DNA of 64,000 nt from a virus (IMGVR_UViG_3300038300_000093), one strand, 5' to 3'; counted from the stretch's first letter, positions 1 through 9,619 are shown. Program-made: numbers and translations. Notes: generated by a model not told the origin, from the sequence alone.

Positions 1-74
1 ACTTTTATTTCTTCTACACTTAAAGATTTTGATGGAGAGCATGGCAGTCCAATTTCGATTGTTTTCATTTTCAT
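1..74 (-). CDS. 5' end of a minus-strand gene whose body lies before the window start (partial)
   Basis: Minus-strand ATGs at 74-72 and 68-66 preceded by AAAAGGACA; the ORF runs off the window edge. Confidence 0.35.
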   Translation of the reverse strand, partial: MKMKTIEIGLPCSPSKSLSVEEIK

Positions 75-263
75 TTGTCCTTTTAAATTAAAGTATGTTC
101 CGTTAAGGGCTTAAACTCAATTGTCTAAGCTTTGTTTAGCTATAGTATTTAATACGGAACTAGATTAAATACTCAGAGTTATGTTGCTTGGCCACTCTAG
201 ATAAGCCTTTCTTACTTGATTCAATATAAGGGCTCAAACTTATCTTTCAAGCCCTTATATTAA

Positions 264-548
264 TTATCTGTAAATCAATCTCAAATTTTCATTATAAACA
301 TTTGGATAGTATGAGCGTTCCATAAGTATTGTAGAATACTTTTCTTCGCTGTTGGCATACTTCAAATAGAACAAACGAACATGTTCCGGCTCATAGATGT
401 CATCTGTCTCTTCGTATGATATAACTTGAAACAAAGTTCCTCTCTCATCAACTAAGATGTCATCGACTCTGATATCAGATTTCTCTCTTGTTCCTTGCAG
501 TGTAGCTATTCCCGATTTAAGATAGCATTCATTTTCTTCTTGTGTCAT
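264..548 (-). CDS. hypothetical protein (94 aa)
   Basis: ORF-track ORF. Start preceded by AAAGGACAAAGACA and the conserved intergenic module at 549-626. Confidence 0.6.
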   Translation of the reverse strand: MTQEENECYLKSGIATLQGTREKSDIRVDDILVDERGTLFQVISYEETDDIYEPEHVRLFYLKYANSEEKYSTILMERSYYPNVYNENLRLIYR

Positions 549-626
549 TGTCTTTGTCCTTTTGTTTGATTAACTTACTAATCTTACTATAGTGGTTGTT
601 TGGGCTTTTGCAAGCCCTGTTTATGA
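549..626 (-). promoter_or_regulatory. family-A intergenic module (stem-loop plus sigma70-like promoter plus conserved leader plus SD-like box), representative copy
   Basis: Minus strand: GGGCTTGCAAAAGCCC stem-loop (602-617), putative -35 TTGCAA (608-613), 16-nt spacer, -10 TATAGT (586-591), then AAGATTAGTAAG..AAAAGGACAAAGACA-ATG. Confidence 0.5.
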
Positions 627-1067
627 TTAACTTAGTAAAAGATTAACCGCTCCACGCATAAAGCTATTTTCAACTATCTTTCTTGCATAGCTTGAATCCA
701 TCTTATTTCCTAATACAGATCTTCTCTCAGAAGCATAGCACTGTACATACGTTGGAAAGCCCTGCTTATCTTTAGGGCCATGCCATCCACTGCCATGTCC
801 TGTTTTAATCTTTCTCGATCCACGAAAGACGACTTCTGTCTCTTCTGCTTCATTTAGGCATTTATCGCCATACTTTAAATTGCAAATCTGTACACGCTCA
901 GTAATGATTACTTTTCCATCACTCATGATAGATTTCTCTATTCTCCCCAACATTGGAAAACAACTACCGTCAGATCTTTTTGTTGGATAAGCTCCAAGTT
1001 TACGCCATTGTAAATTATCATCTAAGAGATAGTTCTCTAAAATATTGTCTTCTTGTTCTTTTTTCAT
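627..1067 (-). CDS. hypothetical protein (146 aa)
   Basis: ORF-track ORF with the upstream module and GAAAAGGACA box. Confidence 0.6.
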   Translation of the reverse strand: MKKEQEDNILENYLLDDNLQWRKLGAYPTKRSDGSCFPMLGRIEKSIMSDGKVIITERVQICNLKYGDKCLNEAEETEVVFRGSRKIKTGHGSGWHGPKDKQGFPTYVQCYASERRSVLGNKMDSSYARKIVENSFMRGAVNLLLS

Positions 1068-1135
1068 CGTATGTCCTTTTCTTTAAGATAATATACTATA
1101 AGGGCTCAAATGATTAATTCAAGCCCTATTTTGAG

Positions 1136-1384
1136 TTATCTTACAGCTAAACGTTTTTTTACATTTAAACGGCTTTTAAATAGTTTGTTGGTTGCTTTGC
1201 CAGTTCCTTGCCAGTGAACTACGTTGATGCTGTGCTTGTTGGCTGAAACAAATCTACTTCTCTTGTTTGTTTCGCTTACTGGCCCGCATGTGACCCATTG
1301 CCCCACTTGAAGCTTGAGTTGTCCGTTGCGAATGAGATCTTGTATTCCAGTATTCCAGAGATCGATTGTTTGTACAAATTTCAT
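1136..1384 (-). CDS. hypothetical protein (82 aa)
   Basis: ORF-track ORF; module and RBS-like box upstream. Confidence 0.55.
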   Translation of the reverse strand: MKFVQTIDLWNTGIQDLIRNGQLKLQVGQWVTCGPVSETNKRSRFVSANKHSINVVHWQGTGKATNKLFKSRLNVKKRLAVR

Positions 1385-1473
1385 AATGTGTCCTTTTCTT
1401 TGTAAGCCTGCTTAGTGCTTCTTACTAATCTTACTATAGTGGTTGTTTGGGCTTTTGCAAGCCCTATTATGAA
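1385..1473 (-). promoter_or_regulatory. family-A intergenic module, long-leader variant
   Basis: Contains GTAAGCCTGCTTAGTGCTTCTTACTAATCTTACTATAGTGGTTGTTTGGGCTTTTGCAAGCCC. The long-leader form is near-identical between copies (e.g. 2956-3054, 9525-9619, 12353-12450, 48491-48564). Confidence 0.5.
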
Positions 1474-1701
1474 TTAAATCAAGTGTAACATTTTTACATC
1501 TGCGGTTACGGCTTCTTGTACAAGCTCTCGTAATTCTTTAGCTTCTTGAGAATCATCTGTGGGAAGATTTCTATACTCATCATTGATGTCTTCAATGTCA
1601 ATAAATACTTCATTCTCATTCGAGCAACTCGCTACAGTCTTTATAGCCAAATCTTTAACTGCATTTGAAGCTGTGCTTAGTGCTGTTGTGTAAATATCCA
1701 T
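1474..1701 (-). CDS. hypothetical acidic protein (75 aa)
   Basis: ORF-track ORF; module upstream. Confidence 0.55.
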   Translation of the reverse strand: MDIYTTALSTASNAVKDLAIKTVASCSNENEVFIDIEDINDEYRNLPTDDSQEAKELRELVQEAVTADVKMLHLI

Positions 1702-1784
1702 GATCTTTGTCCTTTTCTTTTTTTAGTTTGTCTTACTAATCTTACTATAAGGGCTTAACTCGATTGTTCAAGCCCTGTTTTAAA

Positions 1785-2132
1785 TTATTTCCTTCTTATG
1801 TGACTTCCATAAGCCCACTTACCGTTTTTAAGATCTACGACAACTGAATCGTCATTGACTTTATTCCATTCAATAGAATCAACTTCATCGCCTTCCTTGT
1901 TGATGCAGTTAGCTTCAATGCGATCAATTACAGCTTCTTTCTCTTCATCACGGCCCCATGATCCCTTCCATAGTACTGTATCGCCTACTTTAAGAATATC
2001 CTTCTTCTTTTGTTCTTTTTCGATTAACGCTATAGCTTCTGCAATTTCTTTCTTCGTTAGATCATCATGATCTAGTGAATCAGAGTAAAACTTAAGAGCT
2101 GTCATTGTTGTGTCTGTAATTTCTTCTTTCAT
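1785..2132 (-). CDS. hypothetical protein (115 aa)
   Basis: ORF-track ORF; AAAGGACAAAGCAAAATG start context. Confidence 0.6.
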   Translation of the reverse strand: MKEEITDTTMTALKFYSDSLDHDDLTKKEIAEAIALIEKEQKKKDILKVGDTVLWKGSWGRDEEKEAVIDRIEANCINKEGDEVDSIEWNKVNDDSVVVDLKNGKWAYGSHIRRK

Positions 2133-2217
2133 TTTGCTTTGTCCTTTTGTTTAAGATATTCTAATATAGAGGTACTTAGGGCTATTGCAAGCCCTATTTA
2201 AAATTAAATTAGATGTT

Positions 2218-2463
2218 TTAGCCTTCTTCGTCCCAAAAATCAAAATCATATTCCATGTTGTTGACAGACCAATCAAACTTGGCTACTTCAATAAAGTTAC
2301 CGCCTGCCAAGTTAAAAATAACACCATTCTTTAAATCAAGAACATAATCTCCCGAAGCGAGCTTCGCTTGAATTTCCTTGACTTCACTGTCAGAAACAAC
2401 AATTTGACCATGAGCGTTTGTGATTTCTGTAATATCAATACTTCCAGTTGCATCTACTAACAT
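2218..2463 (-). CDS. hypothetical protein (81 aa)
   Basis: ORF-track ORF; module upstream. Confidence 0.55.
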   Translation of the reverse strand: MLVDATGSIDITEITNAHGQIVVSDSEVKEIQAKLASGDYVLDLKNGVIFNLAGGNFIEVAKFDWSVNNMEYDFDFWDEEG

Positions 2464-2565
2464 TTTATTTGTCCTTTTCTTTTTTTAGTAAGCTTGCTTA
2501 GTTGCTTCTTACTAATCTTACTATAAGGGCTCAAACGAATAGTTCAAGCCCTGTTTTGAATTATA

Positions 2566-2955
2566 TTAATTATTCTTTACTTTCTCGAAAAGAAACTTTC
2601 CTGCTTGATGATCTTCATTGTCACCGTCAGAGCTCCATTTTTCAATCACATTGTTTTCATCTGCAAACAACAAACAAGCGACAACTAAAGTATCGTAAGG
2701 CTTCCGTGCAGTCTTGCAAAACTGCCATTCTCCTGAATTAAACTCAAGAGCAAAAGTTTCATGTGAATCATCTTCAATGCCATTCAAATAAATACGTTCT
2801 TTTGCTACTTCTGGCTTAGTTCCTTCTTCGCCCATTCCATTGGCGATTAAATCAGCTCCAAACAATTCAATTGCTGTGTTTGTAAACTTGATCATTTTTT
2901 CAATTTGACTTTCTGTAGTGTTCTTGCTTAGTGTGAAATAATGAGTGTATCCCAT
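2566..2955 (-). CDS. hypothetical protein (129 aa)
   Basis: ORF-track ORF; module upstream. Confidence 0.6.
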   Translation of the reverse strand: MGYTHYFTLSKNTTESQIEKMIKFTNTAIELFGADLIANGMGEEGTKPEVAKERIYLNGIEDDSHETFALEFNSGEWQFCKTARKPYDTLVVACLLFADENNVIEKWSSDGDNEDHQAGKFLFEKVKNN

Positions 2956-3054
2956 GATCTTTGTCCTTTTGTTTTTTTAGTAAGCTTGCTTAGTGCTTCT
3001 TACTAATCTTACTATAGTGGTTGTTTGGGCTTTTGCAAGCCCTATTTTAAAAGT
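2956..3054 (-). promoter_or_regulatory. family-A intergenic module
   Basis: Same long-leader sequence as above. Confidence 0.5.
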
Positions 3055-3219
3055 TTATTTAATAATTGCTTGAATCTTATCAAGTTGTTCTGGAGTAATG
3101 TTTTTTAAACCTGTTGTTCCGTCTCCGGTAGTGAAAATCTTTATTTGATATTGATTTTCATATTTATTTCCAGCTACATTTCTCTTGAGTGTATTTATTT
3201 GTGTGTGTAGTGAGCTCAT
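3055..3219 (-). CDS. small hypothetical protein (54 aa), not in the ORF track
   Basis: Hand-translated: MSSLHTQINTLKRNVAGNKYENQYQIKIFTTGDGTTGLKNITPEQLDKIQAIIK. It fills the gap between two modules and has AAAAGGACAAAGATT before the ATG. Confidence 0.45.
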   Translation of the reverse strand: MSSLHTQINTLKRNVAGNKYENQYQIKIFTTGDGTTGLKNITPEQLDKIQAIIK

Positions 3220-3315
3220 AATCTTTGTCCTTTTGTTTTTTTAGTAAGCTTGCTTAGTGCTTCTTACTGATATCAATATAGTGGTGCTTTGGGCTTTTGC
3301 AAGCCCTATTTAAAA

Positions 3316-3540
3316 TTATTTTAATATTCTTCCAACTGTTTCTACATCTTGAATATTTGTTACTTCTCTCCAGTCAGCAGAGCTTTCACATATACTACAA
3401 GTAAATGATTTTCCTTCAATTTTTCTTGGATTCTCTGAAAGAGTTCCATCATCATTGAAACTAACATGATTTGAAAAAATGTGATTGCCGTCCTTATGAC
3501 TGTCACAATCTTCATCTGAGCATCTTAATAATCTATCCAT
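3316..3540 (-). CDS. small Cys/His-rich protein, possible zinc binding (74 aa)
   Basis: ORF-track ORF containing CSDEDCDSH...FTCSICES; module upstream. Confidence 0.55.
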   Translation of the reverse strand: MDRLLRCSDEDCDSHKDGNHIFSNHVSFNDDGTLSENPRKIEGKSFTCSICESSADWREVTNIQDVETVGRILK

Positions 3541-3636
3541 AATCTTTGTCCTTTCTTTTTTTTAGTAAGCTTGCTTAGTGCTTCTTACTGATATCAATAT
3601 AGTGGTTGTTTGGGCTTTTGCAAGCCCTATTATGAA

Positions 3637-3987
3637 TTATTTGTTTTTATTGTTCCATACTTCAAAGTTAGTAACAATTAATTCCCATGACAATCCAATA
3701 CTTGCATCAAACTTGTCTGTAATATGCTGAATGAAGTCTTCAAATGATTCTTCTGATAGAAATATAATATCTTCACTTTCAAGATGATCACGAATATCTT
3801 CATTGGTAAATCCGCCAATTAAAATAGTTTCATGAGGCTCTAAATTTTCAATCATATCCGATAAAAGTACTTCTGAGTACTCAAGTCCTTGACAAATGTC
3901 AAATGCGTTTTCAGATTTTGCATTTGATGCCCTGCCAAGATCATCTAGTACCAATCTTAATTTTTCTCTTATTTCTTGAATGTTCAT
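3637..3987 (-). CDS. hypothetical protein (116 aa)
   Basis: ORF-track ORF; module upstream. Confidence 0.6.
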   Translation of the reverse strand: MNIQEIREKLRLVLDDLGRASNAKSENAFDICQGLEYSEVLLSDMIENLEPHETILIGGFTNEDIRDHLESEDIIFLSEESFEDFIQHITDKFDASIGLSWELIVTNFEVWNNKNK

Positions 3988-4058
3988 TTTGTCTTGTATC
4001 CTTTTGTTTGTTTAACTTACTAATCTTACTATAGTGGTTGTTTGGGCTTTTGCAAGCC

Positions 4059-4370
4059 CTATTTAAAATTATTTAAACTGTATGCAACCAATCCTTCTTC
4101 CACCGTAGTGTAGACTTTTACATTGCAGTAATTTCTATCATACGTTGATTTAAATTGTTTGCCGTTGTCCTTTTCATTTCCTGCGACTTGAGTAAAAATT
4201 ACCGTTCCCTCTTTTCTGTCGAAACTTTCTATTTTAACTAAAAACTTTTCGAGATTGTACATGTACATTATGACGTATTTGCCAATATTTTTTTCCATTT
4301 CAAGCTCTGGTGGATCAACTATTTCCATTGTCTTTGTCCTTTTTAAGTTGATAATACAATAAGGGCTCAA
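4059..4370 (-). CDS. hypothetical protein (103 aa)
   Basis: ORF-track ORF; module upstream. Confidence 0.55.
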   Translation of the reverse strand: MSPYCIINLKRTKTMEIVDPPELEMEKNIGKYVIMYMYNLEKFLVKIESFDRKEGTVIFTQVAGNEKDNGKQFKSTYDRNYCNVKVYTTVEEGLVAYSLNNFK

Positions 4371-4396
4371 AGGATTAATTCAAGCCCTATTTGAAG

Positions 4397-4702
4397 TTAA
4401 ATCCAAGGAATATCGGATTCACTTCCAGTTGTTTCTTCTTCTTTGTCGTATGCTCTAAAATGATCAAAGATATCACTCACACAAGTTTCTTCTTTAATCA
4501 TACTGTAGAGTCCAGTACATTCAAAAGTTACTTCATCATTCAAACTAACAACACTATAAACATGCTCTCTTACTTCTTCATTCTTGTAAATCTCTCTCAT
4601 GAGCATATCATAAGTGAAGTTGTTTCCAAGCTCTACTGAAAATTCAGAGATAGTGTAAAGGTCGCACTCATTCTCTTCGCTGTATGTTCTTTCTACTTTC
4701 AT
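4397..4702 (-). CDS. hypothetical acidic protein (101 aa)
   Basis: ORF-track ORF; module upstream. Confidence 0.55.
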   Translation of the reverse strand: MKVERTYSEENECDLYTISEFSVELGNNFTYDMLMREIYKNEEVREHVYSVVSLNDEVTFECTGLYSMIKEETCVSDIFDHFRAYDKEEETTGSESDIPWI

Positions 4703-4773
4703 CTTGTTGTCCTTTTAGTTTTTAGTTTGTCTTACTAATCTTAATATAGTGGCTTAACTCGATACTTCAAGCC

Positions 4774-5076
4774 CTACTTTAAATAAAATAAATTCTTTAA
4801 TTCTTCATCATTCAATTTACTACTTAAATAATCCACATTTGCATCTTCTTTCAATGCTCCGGCTCCAGTGTTTACCGCTGAAAAGATTAGTAGAGTATTG
4901 CCACTACTATCTTCTCCCTCATACAAGCTTAATCCCAGTTTTGAATCCATAAGCTCTTTATAAGATCTTCTTCTGTTTGATCCTGCAACTCTCCCGTCAC
5001 TTAGGAAAGATGGCATGTCAATGCAGAATCCATCTTTTAATATCTCAGTTAATATGTGCTTACTTAGATCTCTCAT
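4774..5076 (-). CDS. hypothetical protein (100 aa)
   Basis: ORF-track ORF; module upstream. Confidence 0.55.
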   Translation of the reverse strand: MRDLSKHILTEILKDGFCIDMPSFLSDGRVAGSNRRRSYKELMDSKLGLSLYEGEDSSGNTLLIFSAVNTGAGALKEDANVDYLSSKLNDEELKNLFYLK

Positions 5077-5149
5077 TTTCTTTAGTCCTTTTCTTTAAGT
5101 TGATATACTATAAGGGCTCAACCGAATAAGTCAAGCCCTACTTTAAAAT

Positions 5150-5368
5150 TTATTTAACTCTAGCAATTTTTGCAAAGTGACTTACTACTTCAGGAATATG
5201 CCTTTTGTAGTAAGGCTGATTATCCTTGCACCAAACTTTAATCTCAGCCTTTGATGTGAATGGCTTGGTTATTGCATTGCCGTTCTGTATCATGTTGAAG
5301 ATTGGAGCTAGTTCATTGATAAAATCCTGTACTCTCCAGCCTTCTGAAACTTCTCTATTCATATTCAT
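5150..5368 (-). CDS. hypothetical protein (72 aa)
   Basis: ORF-track ORF; module upstream. Confidence 0.55.
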   Translation of the reverse strand: MNMNREVSEGWRVQDFINELAPIFNMIQNGNAITKPFTSKAEIKVWCKDNQPYYKRHIPEVVSHFAKIARVK

Positions 5369-5463
5369 AATGTTGTCCTTTTCTTTTTTTTGTAAGTCTG
5401 CTTAGTGCTTCTTACTAATCTTACTATAAGGGCTCAAACGAATAGTTCAAGCCCTACTTTAAA

Positions 5464-5697
5464 TTAAATGTTGATATAAACTTCCGCTTCTGAAAAATCA
5501 GATTCGATAAATTGAATCCCGTCAATGTGCTTTTCTTTGAAAACTAAACTCTTTACGGAAAAACGATTAACGTGTGATTCTATAGTCCCTTCTACAGTAT
5601 GACCGTCTTCATTATTGACAACTACAAAGACTTTTACTTGTAGCTTTTCCATTAGAGCTAATGTGTTTCCTGTCATTCTCTTTAATTCACCGTTCAT
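5464..5697 (-). CDS. hypothetical protein (77 aa)
   Basis: ORF-track ORF; module upstream. Confidence 0.55.
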   Translation of the reverse strand: MNGELKRMTGNTLALMEKLQVKVFVVVNNEDGHTVEGTIESHVNRFSVKSLVFKEKHIDGIQFIESDFSEAEVYINI

Positions 5698-5769
5698 CTT
5701 CTGTCCTTTTCTTTAAGTTGATATACTATAAGGGCTCAAACTGTTAATTCAAGCCCTACTTTAAAATTA

Positions 5770-6186
5770 TTAGCAGAATGTAGGATTTGCCATTTCTTCT
5801 CCTATTGTATCCTCTACTAAAGTTTTGTAATTCTCCTCAGTCTCATACTCTTCTTCATCAATCTCAAAGCCTTCACTGTATACGTTTTTACCAGATAGCT
5901 TATCAATAGATGAAACGTGAAAGTAACTTACTCTTTCTGTATGAATGTCGCCTTCTGAAATTTCATCAAAAAGAATTTCTCTTTCTTCTTCATCTTCAAT
6001 ATGATTTTCACTCATGCTGTTTAAGAAGTGCATCTCATAGGAAGGCGTTATTTCACAACAACGTGTTTGTCTGCTTTCATCATAGAGATATATTCCAAAG
6101 ATCTTTCCAGACTTCTCTACAATATCCTCACGCCAGTTTTTTGTTTCATCTATTTTTACTACTTTGAATTTTGGCTTTACTTTCAT
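5770..6186 (-). CDS. hypothetical acidic protein (138 aa)
   Basis: ORF-track ORF; module upstream. Confidence 0.6.
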   Translation of the reverse strand: MKVKPKFKVVKIDETKNWREDIVEKSGKIFGIYLYDESRQTRCCEITPSYEMHFLNSMSENHIEDEEEREILFDEISEGDIHTERVSYFHVSSIDKLSGKNVYSEGFEIDEEEYETEENYKTLVEDTIGEEMANPTFC

Positions 6187-6254
6187 CTTGTTGTCCTTTT
6201 GTTAAGTTGATATACTATAAGGGCTCAAACTGTTAATTCAAGCCCTACTTTAAA

Positions 6255-6533
6255 TTATTTTAGTTCTTTAAAAATAGTTTTTAACGCAGTATCTATAGTT
6301 TTGTCATTACTATCACAAGGGTAAAGTGGATATTCTTTATTTGTTACAGTTGGGAAATCAATAACTAAATTTGGAAATCTAGCTCTTGTATACGTCTTAA
6401 GTTGAAAACTTTTAAACCACAATTGATTCATGAGTTCAATCGTAACAACATCTTTTGCCTTAATATTAAAAGCCTTTAAAGTGCCTTTAATTCCATCTTT
6501 CATAATTTCTCTAGCTTGCTTGTCAATCTTCAT
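6255..6533 (-). CDS. hypothetical protein (92 aa)
   Basis: ORF-track ORF; module upstream. Confidence 0.55.
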   Translation of the reverse strand: MKIDKQAREIMKDGIKGTLKAFNIKAKDVVTIELMNQLWFKSFQLKTYTRARFPNLVIDFPTVTNKEYPLYPCDSNDKTIDTALKTIFKELK

Positions 6534-6597
6534 CTTGTTGTCCTTTTGTTAAGTTATTTATACTATATCAGCTCAAAGGATTATTACAAGCCCTACT

Positions 6598-6840
6598 TTA
6601 AAAACTTTTAAGATAACTTTTAGCTAATCCTTTTAATGTCTTATCTCCTACAATTCCATCTCTAGTCCAGATTCTATTCGTTGGTAAATATTCCAATGTC
6701 CAAACGTCAGTTCCTTTCTTGAAATCAAATCTCAATTCAAATACTTCTTTATTCATTGAAGTTCCTTTGAAGTGTAGATATCCATGTTCATTTTTGTCGC
6801 GTGTGCTCTCAGGCTCTTTATTCCATTCTATTTCATTCAT
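6598..6840 (-). CDS. hypothetical protein (80 aa)
   Basis: ORF-track ORF; ATGA stop/start overlap with the upstream gene. Confidence 0.55.
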   Translation of the reverse strand: MNEIEWNKEPESTRDKNEHGYLHFKGTSMNKEVFELRFDFKKGTDVWTLEYLPTNRIWTRDGIVGDKTLKGLAKSYLKSF

Positions 6841-7247
6841 GATAATCCTTTTTCTTTTATATCTGGCGTTCTTCTTATTACTTTGTTGTAAAATCTATTT
6901 GTCTTCCAAGCCTTCCTCTTCCAATTACATCCACCATTGTGAAGTCGAATACACTCTTCTAATGTCTTTGCCTTCCATCTCTTCATATAGGCTTTAAACA
7001 AAGCATAAGAAATAGAAACATCATAACAATCTTTATGACTGTACTTAGTCTTTAAGTATTCATTCGCATCTATTAAATAAAGGCTTCTTATCTGAACTAT
7101 GCCTACAGCGTTTTCTCTCTTGTTGTATGCTTTAGGATTCAATTCGCTTTCAATTTGGGCAATAGCAGAGAATACTCTTTTATAATCTGCTTCTGTAAGT
7201 CCGTAAGTGTTTAATGTTAAAAATAGTATTACTATAAAGTATTTCAA
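6837..7247 (-). CDS. secreted lytic transglycosylase (SLT domain)
   Basis: N-terminal signal peptide MKYFIVILFLTLNTYGLTEA. SLT catalytic motif IAQIESELNPKAYNKRENAVGIVQI matches the E-S..P.A....A.G.MQ pattern. Confidence 0.6.
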   Translation of the reverse strand: MKYFIVILFLTLNTYGLTEADYKRVFSAIAQIESELNPKAYNKRENAVGIVQIRSLYLIDANEYLKTKYSHKDCYDVSISYALFKAYMKRWKAKTLEECIRLHNGGCNWKRKAWKTNRFYNKVIRRTPDIKEKGLS

Positions 7248-7321
7248 TTAAGGTTCCTTCTTAAGTTGATATCAATATAATATCATCCTGAACTATTACA
7301 AGCCCTATAAATAAAAAAAGA

Positions 7322-7360
7322 GCTAAAGTTTTTACGCCTTAGCTCTTTTTAACTAATCTA
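7322..7360 (-). terminator. intrinsic (rho-independent) terminator after ORF 7362-7856
   Basis: Plus strand AAAAAAAGAGCTAAAG-TTTTTACG-CCTTAGCTCTTTTT: a 9-10-bp stem flanked by an A-run and a T-run. Confidence 0.6.
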
Positions 7361-7361
7361 T

Positions 7362-7856
7362 CTATTTATTTTTCTTCTTCTCAAGTCTTCTTGCTTTTTC
7401 TCTTGCGGCTTTCTTCTTTTTCTTTAAAGCAATCTTCCTAGAGTTCTTTTTAATCCATACTAAGTTTCTCTTTAATTTGACTGCTACATTGTCAAGTAAA
7501 GAATCAGTCCAATCTTTAATCTCATTCTGACTAAACAGTTCAAGATTACTTCTTAGACTTTTAGTTTTAGCTTTTCCATTTTCGCCATTTAAAATGTTGG
7601 CTTCAACTTCTTTCTTAAACTTTTTCCTTCCTTCATTATCTCTTGAAGTGAGAATTGTACTTAGTCTTTTAGTTTGTGTGCTTTTAAGTGCTGTTGTTAA
7701 GTTAAGTTTTATCTCTTCACTTGATGAGAGAATAAAACTTCTCATTTGATCAGTTGTGAAGCTTTCAAAATAAAGTGTAAGTCCTTTTGGCATTACTTTT
7801 GTTTCCACAACTTGATTTTCTAACTGTTCTTCTTTTTTACTTATTGTAATATTCAT
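7362..7856 (-). CDS. hypothetical protein with a basic Lys/Arg-rich C-terminus (164 aa)
   Basis: ORF-track ORF with KKKKKAAREKARRLEKKKNK tail; followed by an intrinsic terminator. Confidence 0.6.
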   Translation of the reverse strand: MNITISKKEEQLENQVVETKVMPKGLTLYFESFTTDQMRSFILSSSEEIKLNLTTALKSTQTKRLSTILTSRDNEGRKKFKKEVEANILNGENGKAKTKSLRSNLELFSQNEIKDWTDSLLDNVAVKLKRNLVWIKKNSRKIALKKKKKAAREKARRLEKKKNK

Positions 7857-7931
7857 AATGTTTCTCTTTAGTTTATTGGTTCGCTGGTTTACTATAGGGC
7901 TTGTTTTAACTATTACAAGCCCTACTTTTAT

Positions 7932-8468
7932 TTAAATTGCGACTGGAATGTTGTTTTTATTTAAAAATGCTTTGTACTGCTTTGTATTGGCATATGAAAG
8001 GCCCATGCTCTTTCCTTGTCCAATGTTCAAATACTTATAGCCTAAATCTTTGTAAAAATGATATTGGCCTTTGTCCGAAAAGTCATTGTTGCCTTTTATT
8101 TTAACTTCGCCGTTTTCAACTACAACTGTATTGTAATCTCTATCATGAACGGTAAATACAAAATGATCCTTTCCCTTATGCCAGATGTCGCCAACGATTG
8201 ACAACAAATCAAAATATTCATCATCCTTGGTTAAGTCTTGGAACTTCTCCCAACTCCAAACAACAGTACTTGTATTAATAGGAATGCCATTCTCTTCTAG
8301 CTGTAGGATTCTTTCGACGAATGGACGCATTTTATCGACGTCTTTGAACATCTCCCATGGCTCAGTAAAACTTTCAAACTCTTTTCCTTTCCATGTGATA
8401 CTATGGCCAGAATGCCTCATATGCTTTTCTACTTCTTCCATTACTTCTTTATCTGATAGCTCTTTCAT
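7932..8468 (-). CDS. hypothetical protein (178 aa)
   Basis: ORF-track ORF; module upstream. Confidence 0.6.
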   Translation of the reverse strand: MKELSDKEVMEEVEKHMRHSGHSITWKGKEFESFTEPWEMFKDVDKMRPFVERILQLEENGIPINTSTVVWSWEKFQDLTKDDEYFDLLSIVGDIWHKGKDHFVFTVHDRDYNTVVVENGEVKIKGNNDFSDKGQYHFYKDLGYKYLNIGQGKSMGLSYANTKQYKAFLNKNNIPVAI

Positions 8469-8512
8469 TGTGTTGTCCTTTTCTTTAAGTTATTTATACT
8501 ATATCAGCTCAA

Positions 8513-8734
8513 TTAACTATTACAAGCCCTATTTCTAATTTCTTCTACTCTTAACATAACATCAGCAGAGCTATAAACGCCTTCAGAACTAAGCTCATTC
8601 ATTGCTTGTTGCTTCTCATGAGTAGACATGCAATTACTCTTAAGATTGTGATAGTTCATCATAAGATTGCATCTCTTGCAGTTCTGATCTCTATTCTTGT
8701 ATCTTGTCCATAAGTGATTATAAAATTTTTTCAT
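8513..8734 (-). CDS. small Cys-containing protein (73 aa)
   Basis: ORF-track ORF; overlaps the next gene. Confidence 0.5.
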   Translation of the reverse strand: MKKFYNHLWTRYKNRDQNCKRCNLMMNYHNLKSNCMSTHEKQQAMNELSSEGVYSSADVMLRVEEIRNRACNS

Positions 8735-8937
8735 AATGGCATAGAAGCCCAGTTTAAACGAATAGATTTTTCATTTCTTTTAATTACTACGATTTCCCAT
8801 CCTTTCCCAGGTGAAGGCCAATGCTTTTTAAACCATCTCTTCCAAGCCAATTCTGTTTTATACATTGTCTTGTAGTTTTCATCCCAGAGATACTCTTTAG
8901 AGTGGAGAGGCAAATATTTATATTTTTTGTTTTTCAT
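8731..8937 (-). CDS. hypothetical protein (68 aa)
   Basis: ORF-track ORF; module upstream. Confidence 0.5.
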   Translation of the reverse strand: MKNKKYKYLPLHSKEYLWDENYKTMYKTELAWKRWFKKHWPSPGKGWEIVVIKRNEKSIRLNWASMPL

Positions 8938-9003
8938 TGTGTTGTCCTTTTCTTTAAGTTATTTATACTATATCAGCTCAAAGGATTAATTCAAGCCCTA
9001 TAA

Positions 9004-9042
9004 ACAAAAAAAGGCTACTCAATTAAGAGTAGCCTTTTTTTG
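9004..9042 (-). terminator. strong bidirectional intrinsic terminator after ORF 9054-9524
   Basis: AAAAAAAGGCTACTC-AATTAA-GAGTAGCCTTTTTTT: a perfect 10-bp stem with a 6-nt loop, flanked by A7 and T7. Confidence 0.8.
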
Positions 9043-9053
9043 TTTAAGCTTGT

Positions 9054-9524
9054 TTAGCTTAGAGCTTTAATAACATCTTTTCCAAGTTGTCTTGTATTCA
9101 AACTGCTCTTTTGAGAATGATCAAGAGATATAGGAAGATTCATTTCAACAATTAAGCCTTTAAGAAATTTAGAAGCTGATTGTTTAATCTTACATCTTGA
9201 ATTTGCCTTTTTCCCTTTGAAGATTTGAATCGTTCCCTTCTTGAACTTTTCTGTATCTTCTGCTCTTCTTACAATTGTGTAAGTTCCTGACATAATGTCA
9301 ACAATTACTCTTTGCTCAGAGTTTGCTTTTACAGTTCCAAAAAGTTTGTTGACAGCTTTTGCATTCTCAGAGCTAGAAGCGTTTTCAACGGCTTTCTTGA
9401 TGTCTGTAACGCCTTTGACTGTAAGTTGGATTCTGATCTTTCCGGCAGATACTCCAGTTGCAGTTTCGATTTCTTTAACTGTCATTACTTTGTTTGCTAC
9501 TTTGTATGTTTTTGCTTTACTCAT
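9054..9524 (-). CDS. hypothetical Lys-rich protein (156 aa), possibly DNA binding or abundant
   Basis: ORF-track ORF with module upstream, followed by the strongest intrinsic terminator in the window. Confidence 0.6.
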   Translation of the reverse strand: MSKAKTYKVANKVMTVKEIETATGVSAGKIRIQLTVKGVTDIKKAVENASSSENAKAVNKLFGTVKANSEQRVIVDIMSGTYTIVRRAEDTEKFKKGTIQIFKGKKANSRCKIKQSASKFLKGLIVEMNLPISLDHSQKSSLNTRQLGKDVIKALS

Positions 9525-9619
9525 TTTTGTGTCCTTTTCTTTTTTTAGTAAGCCTGCTTAGTGCTTCTTACTAATTTTACTATAAGGGCTTAAACTGTTT
9601 ATTCAAGCCCTGTTTTCAA
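9525..9619 (-). promoter_or_regulatory. family-A intergenic module (loop variant AGGGCTTAAACTGTTTATTCAAGCCCT)
   Basis: -35 TTGAAT inside the stem-loop, 16-nt spacer, -10 TATAGT. Confidence 0.5.

Noticed and set aside
586-600. CCACTATAG in the family-A module resembles the T7/SP6 class III promoter core (CACTATAG)
   Set aside because: The -17 to -8 specificity region of a T7-like promoter would fall inside the variable hairpin loop. Variants such as CCCTTATAGTA lack CAC. The conserved part lies downstream of TATAG. A sigma70-like -35/16-nt/-10 arrangement fits every copy better.
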